Shown here: positions 8,260 through 19,178 of the stretch, in pieces
Numbering within the stretch: the first letter of the stretch is position 1
Layout of the letters: the number at the start of each line of letters is the position of its first letter
Assembly: GCA_038533035.1 (NCBI GenBank)
Contig: JBCAZN010000001.1
Location: forward strand, 1 to 35,074
Direction: 5' to 3'
Length of the DNA: 35,074 nt
Source of the DNA: Pseudomonadota bacterium
GTDB taxonomy: Bacteria > Pseudomonadota > Gammaproteobacteria > Steroidobacterales > Woeseiaceae
Translations under genes and position numbers: made by a program
Notes under the pieces: model-generated
Database searches by the model: none
Seen by the model: the letters and a program-made list of their open reading frames with translations, nothing else
What the model was told of the DNA's origin: nothing

Positions 8260-10113
8260 ATGACGCAGCGTTTCGATGTAATTGTGATAGGCGGCGGACA
8301 CGCCGGGACGGAGGCAGCCCTTGCCGCCGCACGGGCGGGTGCGCACACGCTGCTCGTGACGCAAAAAATCGTGGCGCTCGGACAGATGAGCTGCAACCCG
8401 GCGATCGGCGGCATTGGCAAAGGCCACCTGACGCGTGAAATTGATGCGCTGGGCGGCGCGATGGCCCGCGCAATCGACCGCGCGGGCATCCAGTTCCGGA
8501 CCTTGAATGCGTCGAAAGGCCCGGCTGTTCGCGCGACCCGGGCGCAAGCCGACCGCGAGCTTTATCGTGCGGCGATCCAGGACATCGTGACCGGGCAGGC
8601 CGGACTTGAACTTCATGAGGCTATGGTTGACGACCTCATCGTCGACGGCGACCGCGTGACCGGCGTCGTAACGAACCAGGGTGAGTCACTCGTCGCCGCG
8701 ACTGTCGTGCTGACGGTTGGTACCTTTTTAAGCGGCCGCATTCTCGTCGGCAGCAGTGAACAGGCAGGGGGTCGTATCGGCGATGCACCGTCGAACAACC
8801 TCGCCGCGCGGCTTCGCGAAATGCCGTTCAATGTCGCGCGCCTGAAAACCGGTACGCCGCCACGACTTGATGGCGCGACGTTGAACTACGAACTCATGCA
8901 GGAGCAGCCGGGCGACGTTCCGGTGCCTGTGTTTTCGTTTCTCGGCCAGCGCAACGAACACCCGCAGCAGATTTCGTGCTGGATTACGCGCACCACCGAG
9001 GAAACGCACGACATCATTCGTGCGTCGCTTGATCAGTCGCCGATGTATACGGGCCAGATCGAGGGCGTCGGCCCACGCTACTGTCCGTCGATTGAAGACA
9101 AAATTGTGCGCTTCGCCGACAAGGACTCGCACCAGATTTTCGTCGAGCCCGAAGGGCTGACAACCGACGTCGTTTACCCGAACGGTATTTCAACGAGCTT
9201 GCCTGCGGACGTGCAGGAGCGCTTCGTGCATTCGATCACGGGCTTCGAAAAAGCCGTGATCACGCAGCCCGGTTATGCAATTGAATACGATTACTTCGAC
9301 CCGCGGGACCTGAAACCGACGCTCGAGACGAAGCACGTTGAAGGACTCTACTTTGCGGGCCAGATCAACGGCACGACAGGCTACGAAGAAGCGGCCGCAC
9401 AAGGTCTGCTTGCCGGCCTGAACGCCGCGCGCCGTGCCAGAGAGCGTGAGGAGTGGTACCCGGAACGCCACGAGGCGTACATGGGTGTGCTGATCGACGA
9501 CTTGATAACACGCGGTGTGTCGGAGCCGTATCGCATGTTCACGAGCCGGGCGGAATATCGCCTGCTGCTGCGCGAGGACAATGCCGATCTGCGCCTGACA
9601 CCAAAAGGCTATGAGCTTGGCCTCGTCGATGAATATCGCTGGTCGACGTTCACGACGAAGCGCGGCGCGGTTGCGAACGAACAGGAGCGACTCGCAGGCA
9701 TTAACGTCAAGGACTACCAGGCGAGAGCCGTCGCCCTCTTGAAGCGCCCGGGCATCGGTTACAGCGATGTCACGTTGTTGCCGGAAGTGGGAGTGGGCGA
9801 GGCACTGCTGGAGCTGCCCGAAGAACAGCGCGAGCAGGTTGAACTACAGGTCGAAGTCCAGGCCAAGTACGCGGGCTACATCGATCGCCAGGAGCGCGAG
9901 ATCGCAAAACAGGCGAAACAGGCGTCGTTGCGACTGCCGGCCGATATCGACTACGAGACCGTCGACGGATTGTCGAACGAGGCGCGCCAGAAACTGAGTG
10001 CCGCGCGGCCGGACACGCTCGGGCAGGCTTCTCGACTCGAGGGTATGACGCCCTCGGCCGTCAGCCTGCTGCTGATTCACATCAAGAAACGCCAGCTCAA
10101 AAAAACCGCCTGA
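8260..10113 (+). CDS. mnmG: tRNA uridine-5-carboxymethylaminomethyl(34) synthesis enzyme MnmG (GidA)
   Basis: [30 protein letters not shown]-binding N-terminus, [14 protein letters not shown], and full-length colinearity with E. coli/Pseudomonas GidA. Start chosen at ATG 8260; the track ORF starts at 8200. Confidence 0.95.
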   Translation: MTQRFDVIVIGGGHAGTEAALAAARAGAHTLLVTQKIVALGQMSCNPAIGGIGKGHLTREIDALGGAMARAIDRAGIQFRTLNASKGPAVRATRAQADRELYRAAIQDIVTGQAGLELHEAMVDDLIVDGDRVTGVVTNQGESLVAATVVLTVGTFLSGRILVGSSEQAGGRIGDAPSNNLAARLREMPFNVARLKTGTPPRLDGATLNYELMQEQPGDVPVPVFSFLGQRNEHPQQISCWITRTTEETHDIIRASLDQSPMYTGQIEGVGPRYCPSIEDKIVRFADKDSHQIFVEPEGLTTDVVYPNGISTSLPADVQERFVHSITGFEKAVITQPGYAIEYDYFDPRDLKPTLETKHVEGLYFAGQINGTTGYEEAAAQGLLAGLNAARRAREREEWYPERHEAYMGVLIDDLITRGVSEPYRMFTSRAEYRLLLREDNADLRLTPKGYELGLVDEYRWSTFTTKRGAVANEQERLAGINVKDYQARAVALLKRPGIGYSDVTLLPEVGVGEALLELPEEQREQVELQVEVQAKYAGYIDRQEREIAKQAKQASLRLPADIDYETVDGLSNEARQKLSAARPDTLGQASRLEGMTPSAVSLLLIHIKKRQLKKTA

Positions 10114-10236
10114 GGCGTTGCCAACAACGTGTTTGACGTACGCATGTGCGGCTCGCCGACCAATAGTGTTGGCAGGGGCCCGTGCAACTTGATCCATTCG
10201 GCAGAAATCAAAGAGCTTTCAGGTATGCTTTGCGGT

Positions 10237-11793
10237 ATGAAAAAGATCAGTATCTGGCTCCTCGCTACGCTGCTAATCGTCGCAGGCTGCGGCGGAAACG
10301 ATAACGCCGAAGAATACGGTTCGGTTCTCAAGCGCGCGCTGCCCACGGAGCCCGAGTCGCTCGATGCCCACAAGGCACGAAGCATCCAGGCGGCTGATGT
10401 CCTGCGCGACCTTGGCGAAGGGCTCGTTACGCACTCGCCTGGCGGTGAGCTGATTCCCGGCACGGCCTCGAGCTGGGAAATATCCGAGGACGGGCTAACC
10501 TACACATTCAGCCTGCGACCGGAAGCGCGCTGGTCGAATGGCGACCCGGTAACGGCACAGGACTTCGTCACGGGCATGGAGCGCCTGGTCGACCCGGCAA
10601 CCGCCGCGTTTTACGCCGAGTTTCTGTCGGACATCGCCGAAGTTGGCGCGCTTGACGATCACACGCTGGTGATCAAACTGGCGCGCCCGACGCCCTACCT
10701 TTTGAGTTTGCTGACACACCCGGCGGCGTACCCGATGCACGCGCCGTCGCTGGCCGAACACGGCGACAGCTTCGCGCGCCCGGGCAACCTCGTCAGCAAC
10801 GGGGCATACGTCTTAAACGCGTGGATCCCGGGCTCCATTATCGTGCTGCGTCGCAACGAGCATTACTGGAACAACGCCGCGACGGCGATTGACGAGGTGC
10901 AGCATCACATCATTGTCCAGGAAACGGCCGAGCTCGCGCGTTATCGCGCCGGTGAAATTCATATCACCTCGGTTGTGCCGCCGGAAAACTTTGCGCAAGT
11001 GCGTGACGAGATGGGCGACCAGCTGCGCGTCGCGCCGTACCTCGGCATTTACTACTACGGCTATAACCTGACCAAGCCGCCATTCAAGGACAACCCGAAA
11101 CTGCGCCAGGCGCTGTCGATGGCGATTGATCGCGAGCTGATCGTTGAGCGCGTCACCGGTCGTGGCGAAGCGCCGGCCTACAGTTGGGTGCGGCCCGGCA
11201 TGAGCAACTACGAGCCGCCGCAGCTGAGCTACGCGGCGCTGACGCAGGACGAGCGCAACCAGATTGCGCGCCGTCTCTATGTCGAGGCGGGCTACAGCGA
11301 AGACAACCCGCTCGACGTTGAAATACGCTACAACACGTCGGATACGCACCAGCGCGTGGCGCTCGCGATACAGTCAATGTGGCAAGAGGTGCTCGGCTTT
11401 GAGGCGACGCTGATCAATGAAGAATTCCAGGTGCTGCTGGCGAACATGCGCGAGCAGGAAGTCACCCAGGTATTTCGCTCAAGCTGGATCGGCGACTACG
11501 ACGACGCGCACGACTTTCTGAAGAACCTGCAAACCGGCAACCCGATGAACATGCCGGGCTACTCGAGCGAACAATACGATTCGCTGATGACCCGCGCCGC
11601 GCTACAGGTTGACCCGGAGCGGCGTCGGCTGTATCTCGAAGAAGCCGAACGCGTGATGCTTGCTGACCACCCGACAATTCCGATTTATTTCTACGTTTCG
11701 AAGCACCTGATCCACCCCGACATCGAAGGTTGGGGAGACAACGTTCTGGATTACCATTACTCTCAGCATCTGAGCTTCAAAGCGGCCGAATAG
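10237..11793 (+). CDS. Peptide/oligopeptide ABC transporter substrate-binding lipoprotein (SBP family 5, OppA/DppA-like)
   Basis: Start at MKKISIWLLATLLIVAGC with lipobox VAGC (ATG 10237; the track ORF starts at 10129). Family-5 SBP length and motifs (RWSNGDPVTAQDF, GNLVSNGAY, YYGYNLTKPPFKD). Confidence 0.9.
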   Translation: MKKISIWLLATLLIVAGCGGNDNAEEYGSVLKRALPTEPESLDAHKARSIQAADVLRDLGEGLVTHSPGGELIPGTASSWEISEDGLTYTFSLRPEARWSNGDPVTAQDFVTGMERLVDPATAAFYAEFLSDIAEVGALDDHTLVIKLARPTPYLLSLLTHPAAYPMHAPSLAEHGDSFARPGNLVSNGAYVLNAWIPGSIIVLRRNEHYWNNAATAIDEVQHHIIVQETAELARYRAGEIHITSVVPPENFAQVRDEMGDQLRVAPYLGIYYYGYNLTKPPFKDNPKLRQALSMAIDRELIVERVTGRGEAPAYSWVRPGMSNYEPPQLSYAALTQDERNQIARRLYVEAGYSEDNPLDVEIRYNTSDTHQRVALAIQSMWQEVLGFEATLINEEFQVLLANMREQEVTQVFRSSWIGDYDDAHDFLKNLQTGNPMNMPGYSSEQYDSLMTRAALQVDPERRRLYLEEAERVMLADHPTIPIYFYVSKHLIHPDIEGWGDNVLDYHYSQHLSFKAAE

Positions 11794-11811
11794 CCGCGCT
11801 GGATCAACGAC

Positions 11812-12735
11812 TTGCTGCGCTACACCCTGCTTCGACTGGCAGGGGCAATACCGACATTGCTGTTGGTCATCGCCCTCGCGTTCCTGATGGTGCATGCGGC
11901 GCCAGGCGGCCCGTTCAGCAACGAACGCGCGGCCTCCCCCGAAGTACTCGAGAACCTCGAAAAACACTACCGGCTTGATGAGCCGCTGCCGCAGCAGTTT
12001 GTGCACTACCTCGGCAATGTTATCCGCGGCGACTTTGGACCGTCCTATCGCTACGTTGACTACACGGTCTCGGAGCTCATCGCGATCGGTTTTCCGCTGT
12101 CGTTGCAGCTCGGCGCGCTGGCGATGATGCTGGCGTTACTGGTCGGTGTCAGCGCCGGCACTGCCGCGGCCCTGCGGCAGGATTCGCTGCTTGATCGCGC
12201 GCTGATGTCGTTTGCGATGACGGGCATTTCTATTCCCGTGTTTGTAGTCGCGCCGGTGCTCGTGTTGTTGTTGTCGGTCAAACTGCAGTGGCTGCCGGCG
12301 GGCTGGAGCGGCAGCAACGGTGCCGCAAAGTTCATTCTCCCGGTCGTCACGCTGGCGCTCCCGCAGATTGCCTATGTGGCACGGCTTACGCGCGCAAGCG
12401 TGATCGACGTCCTCAGTCGTGACTTTGTTCGCACAGCGCGGGCACAGGGCCTTGCGACAAAAACGCTGGTCCGCGTGCATGTGCTCAGACCTGCGATGCT
12501 GCCTGTGCTGTCCTACCTCGGCCCTGCTATTGCCGCGATCCTGACGGGCTCGGTCGTTGTCGAAGAAGTGTTCGGCATCCCCGGGCTTGGCCAGTTTTTT
12601 GTCCGCGGCGCACTGAACCGGGATTACACGCTCGTGCTTGGTATCGTGATCCTGTATGCATCGCTGGTCATCGCGATGAACCTGCTCGTCGACATACTCT
12701 ACGGCGTGCTTGACCCGCGGGTGCGGCAGCGATGA
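11812..12735 (+). CDS. Peptide ABC transporter permease (OppB/DppB-like)
   Basis: TTG start. MLRYTLLRLAGAIPTLLLVIALAFLMVHAAPGGPF is the classic OppB/DppB N-terminus. 6 TM segments and an EAA-like loop (YVARLTRASVIDVLSRDFVRTARAQGL). Confidence 0.9.
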   Translation: MLRYTLLRLAGAIPTLLLVIALAFLMVHAAPGGPFSNERAASPEVLENLEKHYRLDEPLPQQFVHYLGNVIRGDFGPSYRYVDYTVSELIAIGFPLSLQLGALAMMLALLVGVSAGTAAALRQDSLLDRALMSFAMTGISIPVFVVAPVLVLLLSVKLQWLPAGWSGSNGAAKFILPVVTLALPQIAYVARLTRASVIDVLSRDFVRTARAQGLATKTLVRVHVLRPAMLPVLSYLGPAIAAILTGSVVVEEVFGIPGLGQFFVRGALNRDYTLVLGIVILYASLVIAMNLLVDILYGVLDPRVRQR

Positions 12736-13529
12736 AGAAAAGCGCACTCGTCTTACTGGTATTACTCGCAGCCGCGATCGTAGGTCCCTGGATCAGCTCG
12801 CACGGCTACGCCGCGACCAACTTTAACCTTCAGCTGCAGGCGCCGACACTGGCAGGGATGCACTGGTTCGGCACGGATGAGCTGGGCCGCGACGTGTTCG
12901 TGCGAACCATGCTCGGCATACGCATGACGTTGCTGGTTGCCATCGTGGCGAGCCTTGTAAGCCTCGTGATCGGTGTTACATACGGTGCGATCGCGGGGTA
13001 CGTGGGTGGTCGCGTCGATGCGCTCATGATGCGCTTTGTCGACACCCTGTACGCCATGCCCTTCATTTTTTTCGTCATCCTCCTGATGGTGGCGTTCGAG
13101 CAGAACTTCCTGCTGATCTTCGTCGCGATCGGCGCGATCAACTGGCTCGATATGGCGCGTATCGTGCGCGGTCAGACAATCAGTTTGAAGGAGCGCGAGT
13201 TTGTTGAAGCAGCCCGACTGACCGGTGTCAGCACCGCGCGCATCATCACGCGCCATATCGCACCCAATGTGCTCGGCATTGTTGTTGTGTACATCACACT
13301 GACTATCCCGCAGGCGATTCTCGTTGAGTCGTTCCTGAGCTTTCTCGGGCTGGGTATCCAGGCGCCGAAAACCTCGCTCGGGTCGCTGGTCAATGACGGC
13401 GTCAACTACATGGAGAGCGCGTCGTGGTTGTTGCTGATTCCGGCTACGCTGCTGGCAACGATGCTGATGAGCTTCAATTTTCTCGGCGATGCGTTGCGTG
13501 ACTACTTTGACGCGAGGCGCGCGCGATGA
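12732..13529 (+). CDS. Peptide ABC transporter permease (OppC/DppC-like)
   Basis: ATGA overlap with the upstream permease. HWFGTDELGRDVF motif and EAA loop (REFVEAARLTGVSTARIITRHIAPN). 265 aa, at the short end for this family. Confidence 0.9.
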   Translation: MKKSALVLLVLLAAAIVGPWISSHGYAATNFNLQLQAPTLAGMHWFGTDELGRDVFVRTMLGIRMTLLVAIVASLVSLVIGVTYGAIAGYVGGRVDALMMRFVDTLYAMPFIFFVILLMVAFEQNFLLIFVAIGAINWLDMARIVRGQTISLKEREFVEAARLTGVSTARIITRHIAPNVLGIVVVYITLTIPQAILVESFLSFLGLGIQAPKTSLGSLVNDGVNYMESASWLLLIPATLLATMLMSFNFLGDALRDYFDARRAR

Positions 13530-15118
13530 GCCTGCTCGACGTTACCGGACTCACAATTCGCTATGGCGACACGACCGTTGTCGACGGTGTCGATGTTTTT
13601 GTTGAACGTGGCGAATCGGTGGGCATCGTCGGCGAGTCCGGATCCGGCAAGTCGCAATCCGCGCTTGCGATCCTCGGCTTGCTGCCGGCCGACGCGGAGG
13701 TCAGCGGCAGCATCGAATTCGACGGCGAACAGCTGCTCGGCAAGTCGGACGTCGAAATGAATGCGATTCGTGCGCGACGCATCGGCATTGTGTTTCAGGA
13801 CCCGATGCAGGCGCTGAACCCGTACCTGCGTATCGGTCGGCAGTTACTGCAAGTCGTCTGCGCGCACGGTGTGACCGATAAGACCGAAGCAAAGCGACGC
13901 GTCCTCGAAATGATTGAGCGAGTCGGGCTGCCCGACCCGGGCCGCCAGGTGGATGCCTATCCGCACCAACTGTCGGGCGGGATGCGGCAACGCGTGATGA
14001 TTGCGTCCGCGCTGATTGCGGGGCCCGACCTTTTGATCGCCGATGAGCCGACGACGGCGCTCGACGTGACGGTCCAGGCACAGATACTCGACCTGCTCGA
14101 AGAGCTCCGCGACGAAACGGCACTGCTTTTGATTACACACGACCTGGGAATCGTGGCGGGGCACTGCGAACACATGACGGTGCTTGAAAACGGCTGCGTC
14201 GTCGAGTCAGGGCCGACCAACTCGGTGTTCGCCGCGCCGCGCCATGAACACACGAAAGCGTTGCTGGCCGCTGCCCCACGCATTGATCGCGGGCCGGACG
14301 TGCTGCCCATCGAAGCCAAAACGCTGCTCGTTGCCGAAGATGTCGCCGTCAGCTACCAGTCCGATCGCCATAGTGAGTTTGCCGCCATCGAGGGCGCCAG
14401 CCTGACGCTCCGCGCCGGCGAAACGCTTGCCGTTGTGGGCGAGTCCGGCTCGGGCAAATCCAGCCTGGTGCGCGCGATCCTCGGGCTTGTGCCGATGCGC
14501 CGCGGCACCGTCGTGTACGCCGGCGAACCGCTGGAGGCGGACATTGACCGTCGGCCGCTCGACAAGCGTCGTGAGCTGCAGCTCGTCTACCAGGACCCGG
14601 TCGCCGCGCTCGACCCGAAAATGCGCGTTATGGATCTCGTCGCTGAATCGCTGATCGTGCACGCGCCGATGATGTCTGCGGGCGAGCGTTCGGCAAGCGT
14701 CATCGAAATTCTCAAAAAGGTTGGTCTCGATGAATCATTTGCGAGCCGCTTACCTCACCAGCTATCCGGCGGGCAGGCGCAGCGCGTCGCGATCGCGCGC
14801 GCGTTGATACTCGATCCGCAGGTGTTGATTTGCGATGAAGCCGTTGCCGCGCTGGATGGCACCGTGCGCATGCGGGTCCTGAAACTGTTACAGCGGGTTC
14901 AGGACGAGACCGGTTTGTCGATCATCTTCATCTCGCACGATCTCGCGGTCGTGCGATCGATCAGTCACCGCGTCGCCGTGATGTACAAAGGCAGGCTGGT
15001 CGAAACCGCGGATAACGAAACGCTGTTCCAGTCACCGCAGCACCCGCACACGCGGGCGCTGATCGACGCCGTACCAATACCGGATCCGCGCGTGTCGACG
15101 CGCAGAAACAGCGCCTAG
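13526..15118 (+). CDS. Fused double-NBD peptide ABC transporter ATPase (YejF/GsiA-type architecture)
   Basis: ATGA overlap with the upstream permease. Two complete NBDs: [10 protein letters not shown] / [15 protein letters not shown] / [11 protein letters not shown] and [10 protein letters not shown] / [15 protein letters not shown] / [11 protein letters not shown]. Confidence 0.9.
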   Translation: MSLLDVTGLTIRYGDTTVVDGVDVFVERGESVGIVGESGSGKSQSALAILGLLPADAEVSGSIEFDGEQLLGKSDVEMNAIRARRIGIVFQDPMQALNPYLRIGRQLLQVVCAHGVTDKTEAKRRVLEMIERVGLPDPGRQVDAYPHQLSGGMRQRVMIASALIAGPDLLIADEPTTALDVTVQAQILDLLEELRDETALLLITHDLGIVAGHCEHMTVLENGCVVESGPTNSVFAAPRHEHTKALLAAAPRIDRGPDVLPIEAKTLLVAEDVAVSYQSDRHSEFAAIEGASLTLRAGETLAVVGESGSGKSSLVRAILGLVPMRRGTVVYAGEPLEADIDRRPLDKRRELQLVYQDPVAALDPKMRVMDLVAESLIVHAPMMSAGERSASVIEILKKVGLDESFASRLPHQLSGGQAQRVAIARALILDPQVLICDEAVAALDGTVRMRVLKLLQRVQDETGLSIIFISHDLAVVRSISHRVAVMYKGRLVETADNETLFQSPQHPHTRALIDAVPIPDPRVSTRRNSA

Positions 15119-15136
15119 AAGGCGACTGGAACGCCG

Positions 15137-16444
15137 CTAGAAAGCTCCCATCGGAATAGGAATCGGCGCGCCGTTAATCGTCAGCAGGCCCTGCTCCATA
15201 TCGGCGTCCATGACGTAATAGTCGCCCTCCTTGCGCAGGTAGCCCATGGCGACGATGCCACCGGCCTGCGGATTCATCGACGTTGCCATCTGCACGAGCG
15301 CTTCGGGGACTTTCATATCGAAGCTGGCCTGGCCCTTCAGCAAGAGCGACGTCCATTCGAACGCATCACGGTCCTGCTCGGGCGTCGAGAATGACATCGC
15401 CATCTCGACGGCGCCCATCGGCAGTTCGACATCAAAACGTGGTACCGCGAAGTCGAGGCCCGCGGCGAACAGGTTTTTGCCTTCCTGCTCGGCCATCATC
15501 ATCGCAAGCGACGGGTCGGCATCCGGCGGCAATTTGTCCATCGCAGCCATCAGCAGGCCGAGCGCTTCGGCGTCCGTATTCGACGTCGCCTGGATATTCA
15601 TGGCGATGTTGCCAAAGTCGGGAACGGTCATGGACTCAACGATAATCGATCCTTCGCCGACAACCCTGTCACCGTCCACCGCGTTATCGGCAACCACCTT
15701 CAGGCCGCTCATGTTGACGGCTTCGTTACCGTTCGACACAACGCGCACCGAGTCCATCGTGAAATCGACGTCGCCAACGAGGTAGCCGAACTCGCCCGGC
15801 TCCTGATCACCCGAGAACGACATCGGGCCGATGGTCATGACGTCGCTGTCCTCGGTCATGACCATGCCGCCAATCTCGCCGTCGAAACCGTAACCCCCGG
15901 ACGAGGCGTCAGCCTCGATCTTGATGTTCGCGTCGAGCCACTCGACGGTGCCCTCGTCGAGGGCGGTGGACCCGGCTTCGAGGACATACTCGGAATCGAG
16001 GTCGCCGTTGAGCGCGAGCTTGCTGTATATCTCGCCCGGAATGTCGACGCTTGAGCCGTCCTCAAGTTCGAGTCGCATGGTCGACACGGCGCTACCCAGT
16101 CCGGGTGCCAGTGAGCCGTGATCTCGACTCATGGAGGTCACCGGAATAATGCCGTGGTCAATTTTCGTATTAATGATGAGTACCGGATGCTCGCCGCCGC
16201 CATCGGACATCATCGTCAGCATCTGGCGCAGCTCGCCGTCGCCGAGTTCGATGCGGTGCTCGCCTTCAGAAGAGAACCAGCCACGCTCGAATCCCTGCGA
16301 GGTCACGACGAGTTCCGCCGACTGATCGGCTGCGCGATTCAGGTTTTCGTCGAGACTTTCCTCGCCGAGTTTGCCGACAATGCCCGGTGACACGATAAGT
16401 ACCAGGGCGAGAATAATGATCCCTGCCAATACGCCTTTTTTCAC
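15137..16444 (-). CDS. DUF945 (YdgA-like) family membrane-anchored protein
   Basis: N-terminal anchor VKKGVLAGIIILALVLIVSPG followed by FERGWFSS, which resembles E. coli YdgA (YHRGVFSS). The C-terminal ...LTINGAPIPIP resembles the YdgA ...ITLNGQKMSL tail. Start placed at GTG 16444, with GGAG 7 nt upstream; the track ORF extends to 16546. Confidence 0.7.
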   Translation of the reverse strand: MKKGVLAGIIILALVLIVSPGIVGKLGEESLDENLNRAADQSAELVVTSQGFERGWFSSEGEHRIELGDGELRQMLTMMSDGGGEHPVLIINTKIDHGIIPVTSMSRDHGSLAPGLGSAVSTMRLELEDGSSVDIPGEIYSKLALNGDLDSEYVLEAGSTALDEGTVEWLDANIKIEADASSGGYGFDGEIGGMVMTEDSDVMTIGPMSFSGDQEPGEFGYLVGDVDFTMDSVRVVSNGNEAVNMSGLKVVADNAVDGDRVVGEGSIIVESMTVPDFGNIAMNIQATSNTDAEALGLLMAAMDKLPPDADPSLAMMMAEQEGKNLFAAGLDFAVPRFDVELPMGAVEMAMSFSTPEQDRDAFEWTSLLLKGQASFDMKVPEALVQMATSMNPQAGGIVAMGYLRKEGDYYVMDADMEQGLLTINGAPIPIPMGAF

Positions 16445-16616
16445 GCGAAAACTCCATGCCCACGCCAAGTATCGGGGGATGCTAGCACGACGAATCGCCC
16501 GCACCGGGCAGGATCGCTGGAAATGCGCGCCAAGTCTCACTACCATAGCGGCCTCGACGGCCGCACGCTCGCCGCGTTCGCCGCCAAAACCAGTGAAATA
16601 TCAAGTGATTACGAAG

Positions 16617-17219
16617 ATGAAGATCGTAGCAAGCGCCGCGACGGCGTTACTCGCGACCGTATTTTTCGCGCAGCCCGTGCTCGCCGAAGGCGACATCGAG
16701 GCCGGCGAACAGATCGGCTATAGCTGCCTCGGCTGCCACGGCATCGAGGGTTACCGTAACGCGTACCCGTCCTACCGCGTGCCGAAGCTCGGCGGACAGA
16801 AGGCCGGCTACCTGGTCATCGCACTCAAGGGTTACCGAGACGGCAGCCGTGAGCATCCAACCATGGTGGGCCAGGCAACGAGCCTGACCGACCAGGATAT
16901 TGAAGATGTCGCGGCGTACCTCGCAACCCTCGGCAACGAGACGGTGGCCGAGGGCGGCACGCCGGGAGCGTCTTTCGAAAAAGCGACGGCCTGTGCGGCA
17001 TGCCACGGCGCGAACGGCATCAGCATCAATGCGCTGTGGCCGACGCTGGCTGGCCAGCACGAGGATTACCTCGAAAATTCGTTGCGGCAATATCGTGACG
17101 GTACGCGCAAGGACCCCGTAATGACCGCGCAGGCGGCACTGATCGCCGAGGAAGATATCGAAGCGCTGGCGGCGTACTTTGCGGGTCTTGAAGGCCTCGA
17201 AACGACCAGGCCCGAGTAG
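16617..17219 (+). CDS. Dihaem cytochrome c4
   Basis: Signal peptide MKIVASAATALLATVFFAQPVLA|EG. Two CxxCH haem sites (CLGCHG, CAACHG), each followed by a distal Met region (HPTMVGQ, DPVMTAQ). About 200 aa, typical of cytochrome c4. Start at ATG 16617; the track ORF starts at 16371. Confidence 0.85.
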   Translation: MKIVASAATALLATVFFAQPVLAEGDIEAGEQIGYSCLGCHGIEGYRNAYPSYRVPKLGGQKAGYLVIALKGYRDGSREHPTMVGQATSLTDQDIEDVAAYLATLGNETVAEGGTPGASFEKATACAACHGANGISINALWPTLAGQHEDYLENSLRQYRDGTRKDPVMTAQAALIAEEDIEALAAYFAGLEGLETTRPE

Positions 17220-17222
17220 TCG

Positions 17223-18185
17223 TTGAGCGAGCATCGCGCTCATACGACAACGCTGAACGATGGCGTCGTTGCCATCGACACCGAATACGCGCGACCACTG
17301 CAGGATGCCAGTCATCTCATCGTAGAAAACGGCCGCGCGGCTTTTGTCGACACCGGCGCCAACAACGCGGTGCCGCTCCTGATCGATGCGCTGGCGCAGA
17401 ATGATCTCGACAGAGCGGACGTCGACTACGTGTTCCTGACGCACATTCACCTCGACCATGCCGGTGGCGCCGGACTGCTCATGCAGCAGTTACCCAACGC
17501 GCGCTGCGTGATTCATCCGCGCGGTGCGAACCACATGATTGACCCGACACGGCTTATGGCCGGCACGATTTCAGTTTACGGCGAGGACGCGGCACGCGAG
17601 CTGTACGGCGAACTCGAGCCAATCGATGCATCGCGCATCGACCAGCCGCAGGAGGGCGATACCTTCAGCCTGGGCGGGCGAGAGCTGCGCACCTTTTACA
17701 CGGAAGGACACGCGCTGCATCATTATTCGATCTACGACGGTGTCGCGAGCGGTGTGTTTTCCGGCGACAGTTTCGGCGTGTCTTACCGCGAACTCGACAC
17801 GCCAAATGGTGCGTTTATTTTTCCTTCGTCGACGCCAACCCACTTTGATCCGGACGCCGCGCACGCCGCCTATGACCGCATTCTAAGCTTCGACCCGCAA
17901 TACGTTTACCTGACGCATTACAGCCGCGTCGATGAGCTCGATCGTCTCGCGAACGACCTGCATCACGACATCGATGCGTACGCAACGATGGCGCTCAACA
18001 ATCGCGATGCTGACGATCGGCAGGCCGCGCTACAGGACGCGATGTACCGCTACCTGTCGTCGCGGCTGCGCGCGCATGGCTATGCGGGCAGCGATGACGC
18101 GATGCGCTCGATCCTCGAGATTGATACAGTGCTGAACGCGCAGGGGCTGGTGTCATGGCTGCAGCGACTTGAGAAAAAGGGGTAA
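17223..18185 (+). CDS. MBL-fold metallo-hydrolase
   Basis: HxHxDH motif (THIHLDHAGG) and downstream His/Asp ligand candidates (EGHALHH, FSGDSFG, LTHYS). TTG start 3 nt after the cytochrome c4 stop. Confidence 0.8.
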   Translation: MSEHRAHTTTLNDGVVAIDTEYARPLQDASHLIVENGRAAFVDTGANNAVPLLIDALAQNDLDRADVDYVFLTHIHLDHAGGAGLLMQQLPNARCVIHPRGANHMIDPTRLMAGTISVYGEDAARELYGELEPIDASRIDQPQEGDTFSLGGRELRTFYTEGHALHHYSIYDGVASGVFSGDSFGVSYRELDTPNGAFIFPSSTPTHFDPDAAHAAYDRILSFDPQYVYLTHYSRVDELDRLANDLHHDIDAYATMALNNRDADDRQAALQDAMYRYLSSRLRAHGYAGSDDAMRSILEIDTVLNAQGLVSWLQRLEKKG

Positions 18186-18188
18186 TTG

Positions 18189-19178
18189 ATGAGCACGTTT
18201 CGCGCCTACCGAATCGACCAGCAGGAAGGCGAGGTCGTAGCCGGATTTCAGGAGCTGACGCTCGACGACCTGACAGAAGGTAATACCGTCGTTCGCGTCA
18301 GCCATTCCACGATCAACTACAAAGATGCGCTGGCGGCGACCGGCAACGGCGCCATCCTGCGTCGCTTTCCACTCAACGGCGGGATCGATCTCGCGGGCGT
18401 CGTGGAGTCATCGGACGACCCGGAGTTTCCTGCGGGAACCGCCGTGCTCGTCAACGGGTGCGGTCTTAGCGAAACCGTCGACGGCGGCTACTCGCAATAC
18501 GCCCGTGTCGACAGTGGTTCGCTCGTGGCAATTCCGGACGGCATGACGGCGCATGAAGTCATGCAGATCGGCACGGCCGGCTACACGGCAGCACTTGCGA
18601 TTCATCGCATGGAGCAAAACGGCCAGTCACCGGATCTCGGGCCGGTGGTTGTCACAGGCGCGACCGGCGGCGTTGGCAGCATTGCGATCGACATGCTCGA
18701 TAGTCGCGGTTACGAGGCGGTCGCGGTAACGGGTAAGGCGACCGAAGAGGGCTATCTCAAAAGCATTGGTGCGCAGCGCATCCTGCTGCGCGACCAGATA
18801 GAGCTCGGCAAGCGCCCGCTGGAGAAAATCATGTGGGCGGGCGCTATCGACAACCTCGGTGGCGACTACCTGACCTGGTTAACGCGCACGGTCGGCTACG
18901 GCGGCAACATTGCGAGCGTTGGCCTGGCTTCGAGCTTCAAGCTCAACACCACGGTCATGCCGTTTATCCTGCGCGCCGTGTGCCTGCTCGGCATTAACTC
19001 TGTCGACACGCCGCGCGACCTGCGGCGCACCGTCTGGCAGCGCATCGGCGGCGATCTTAAGCCGCGTTACCTGGACACGATTGGACACAACACGATCGCG
19101 TTCGATGAGCTCCCCGGCGCGTTCCAGGGCTTTATCGACGGCAGCATAACGGGCCGCACGATTGTCGAGATCGACTAG
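18189..19178 (+). CDS. acuI: YhdH/AcuI-family NADPH-dependent quinone/acrylyl-CoA reductase (MDR superfamily)
   Basis: Colinear with E. coli YhdH as I recall it (SSLNYKDALA.TG.G.I.R.FP..PGID.AG.V..S.DP.F.AG). Nucleotide-binding VVVTGATGGVGS. ATG 18189 is preceded in frame by TTG 18186. Confidence 0.85.
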   Translation: MSTFRAYRIDQQEGEVVAGFQELTLDDLTEGNTVVRVSHSTINYKDALAATGNGAILRRFPLNGGIDLAGVVESSDDPEFPAGTAVLVNGCGLSETVDGGYSQYARVDSGSLVAIPDGMTAHEVMQIGTAGYTAALAIHRMEQNGQSPDLGPVVVTGATGGVGSIAIDMLDSRGYEAVAVTGKATEEGYLKSIGAQRILLRDQIELGKRPLEKIMWAGAIDNLGGDYLTWLTRTVGYGGNIASVGLASSFKLNTTVMPFILRAVCLLGINSVDTPRDLRRTVWQRIGGDLKPRYLDTIGHNTIAFDELPGAFQGFIDGSITGRTIVEID

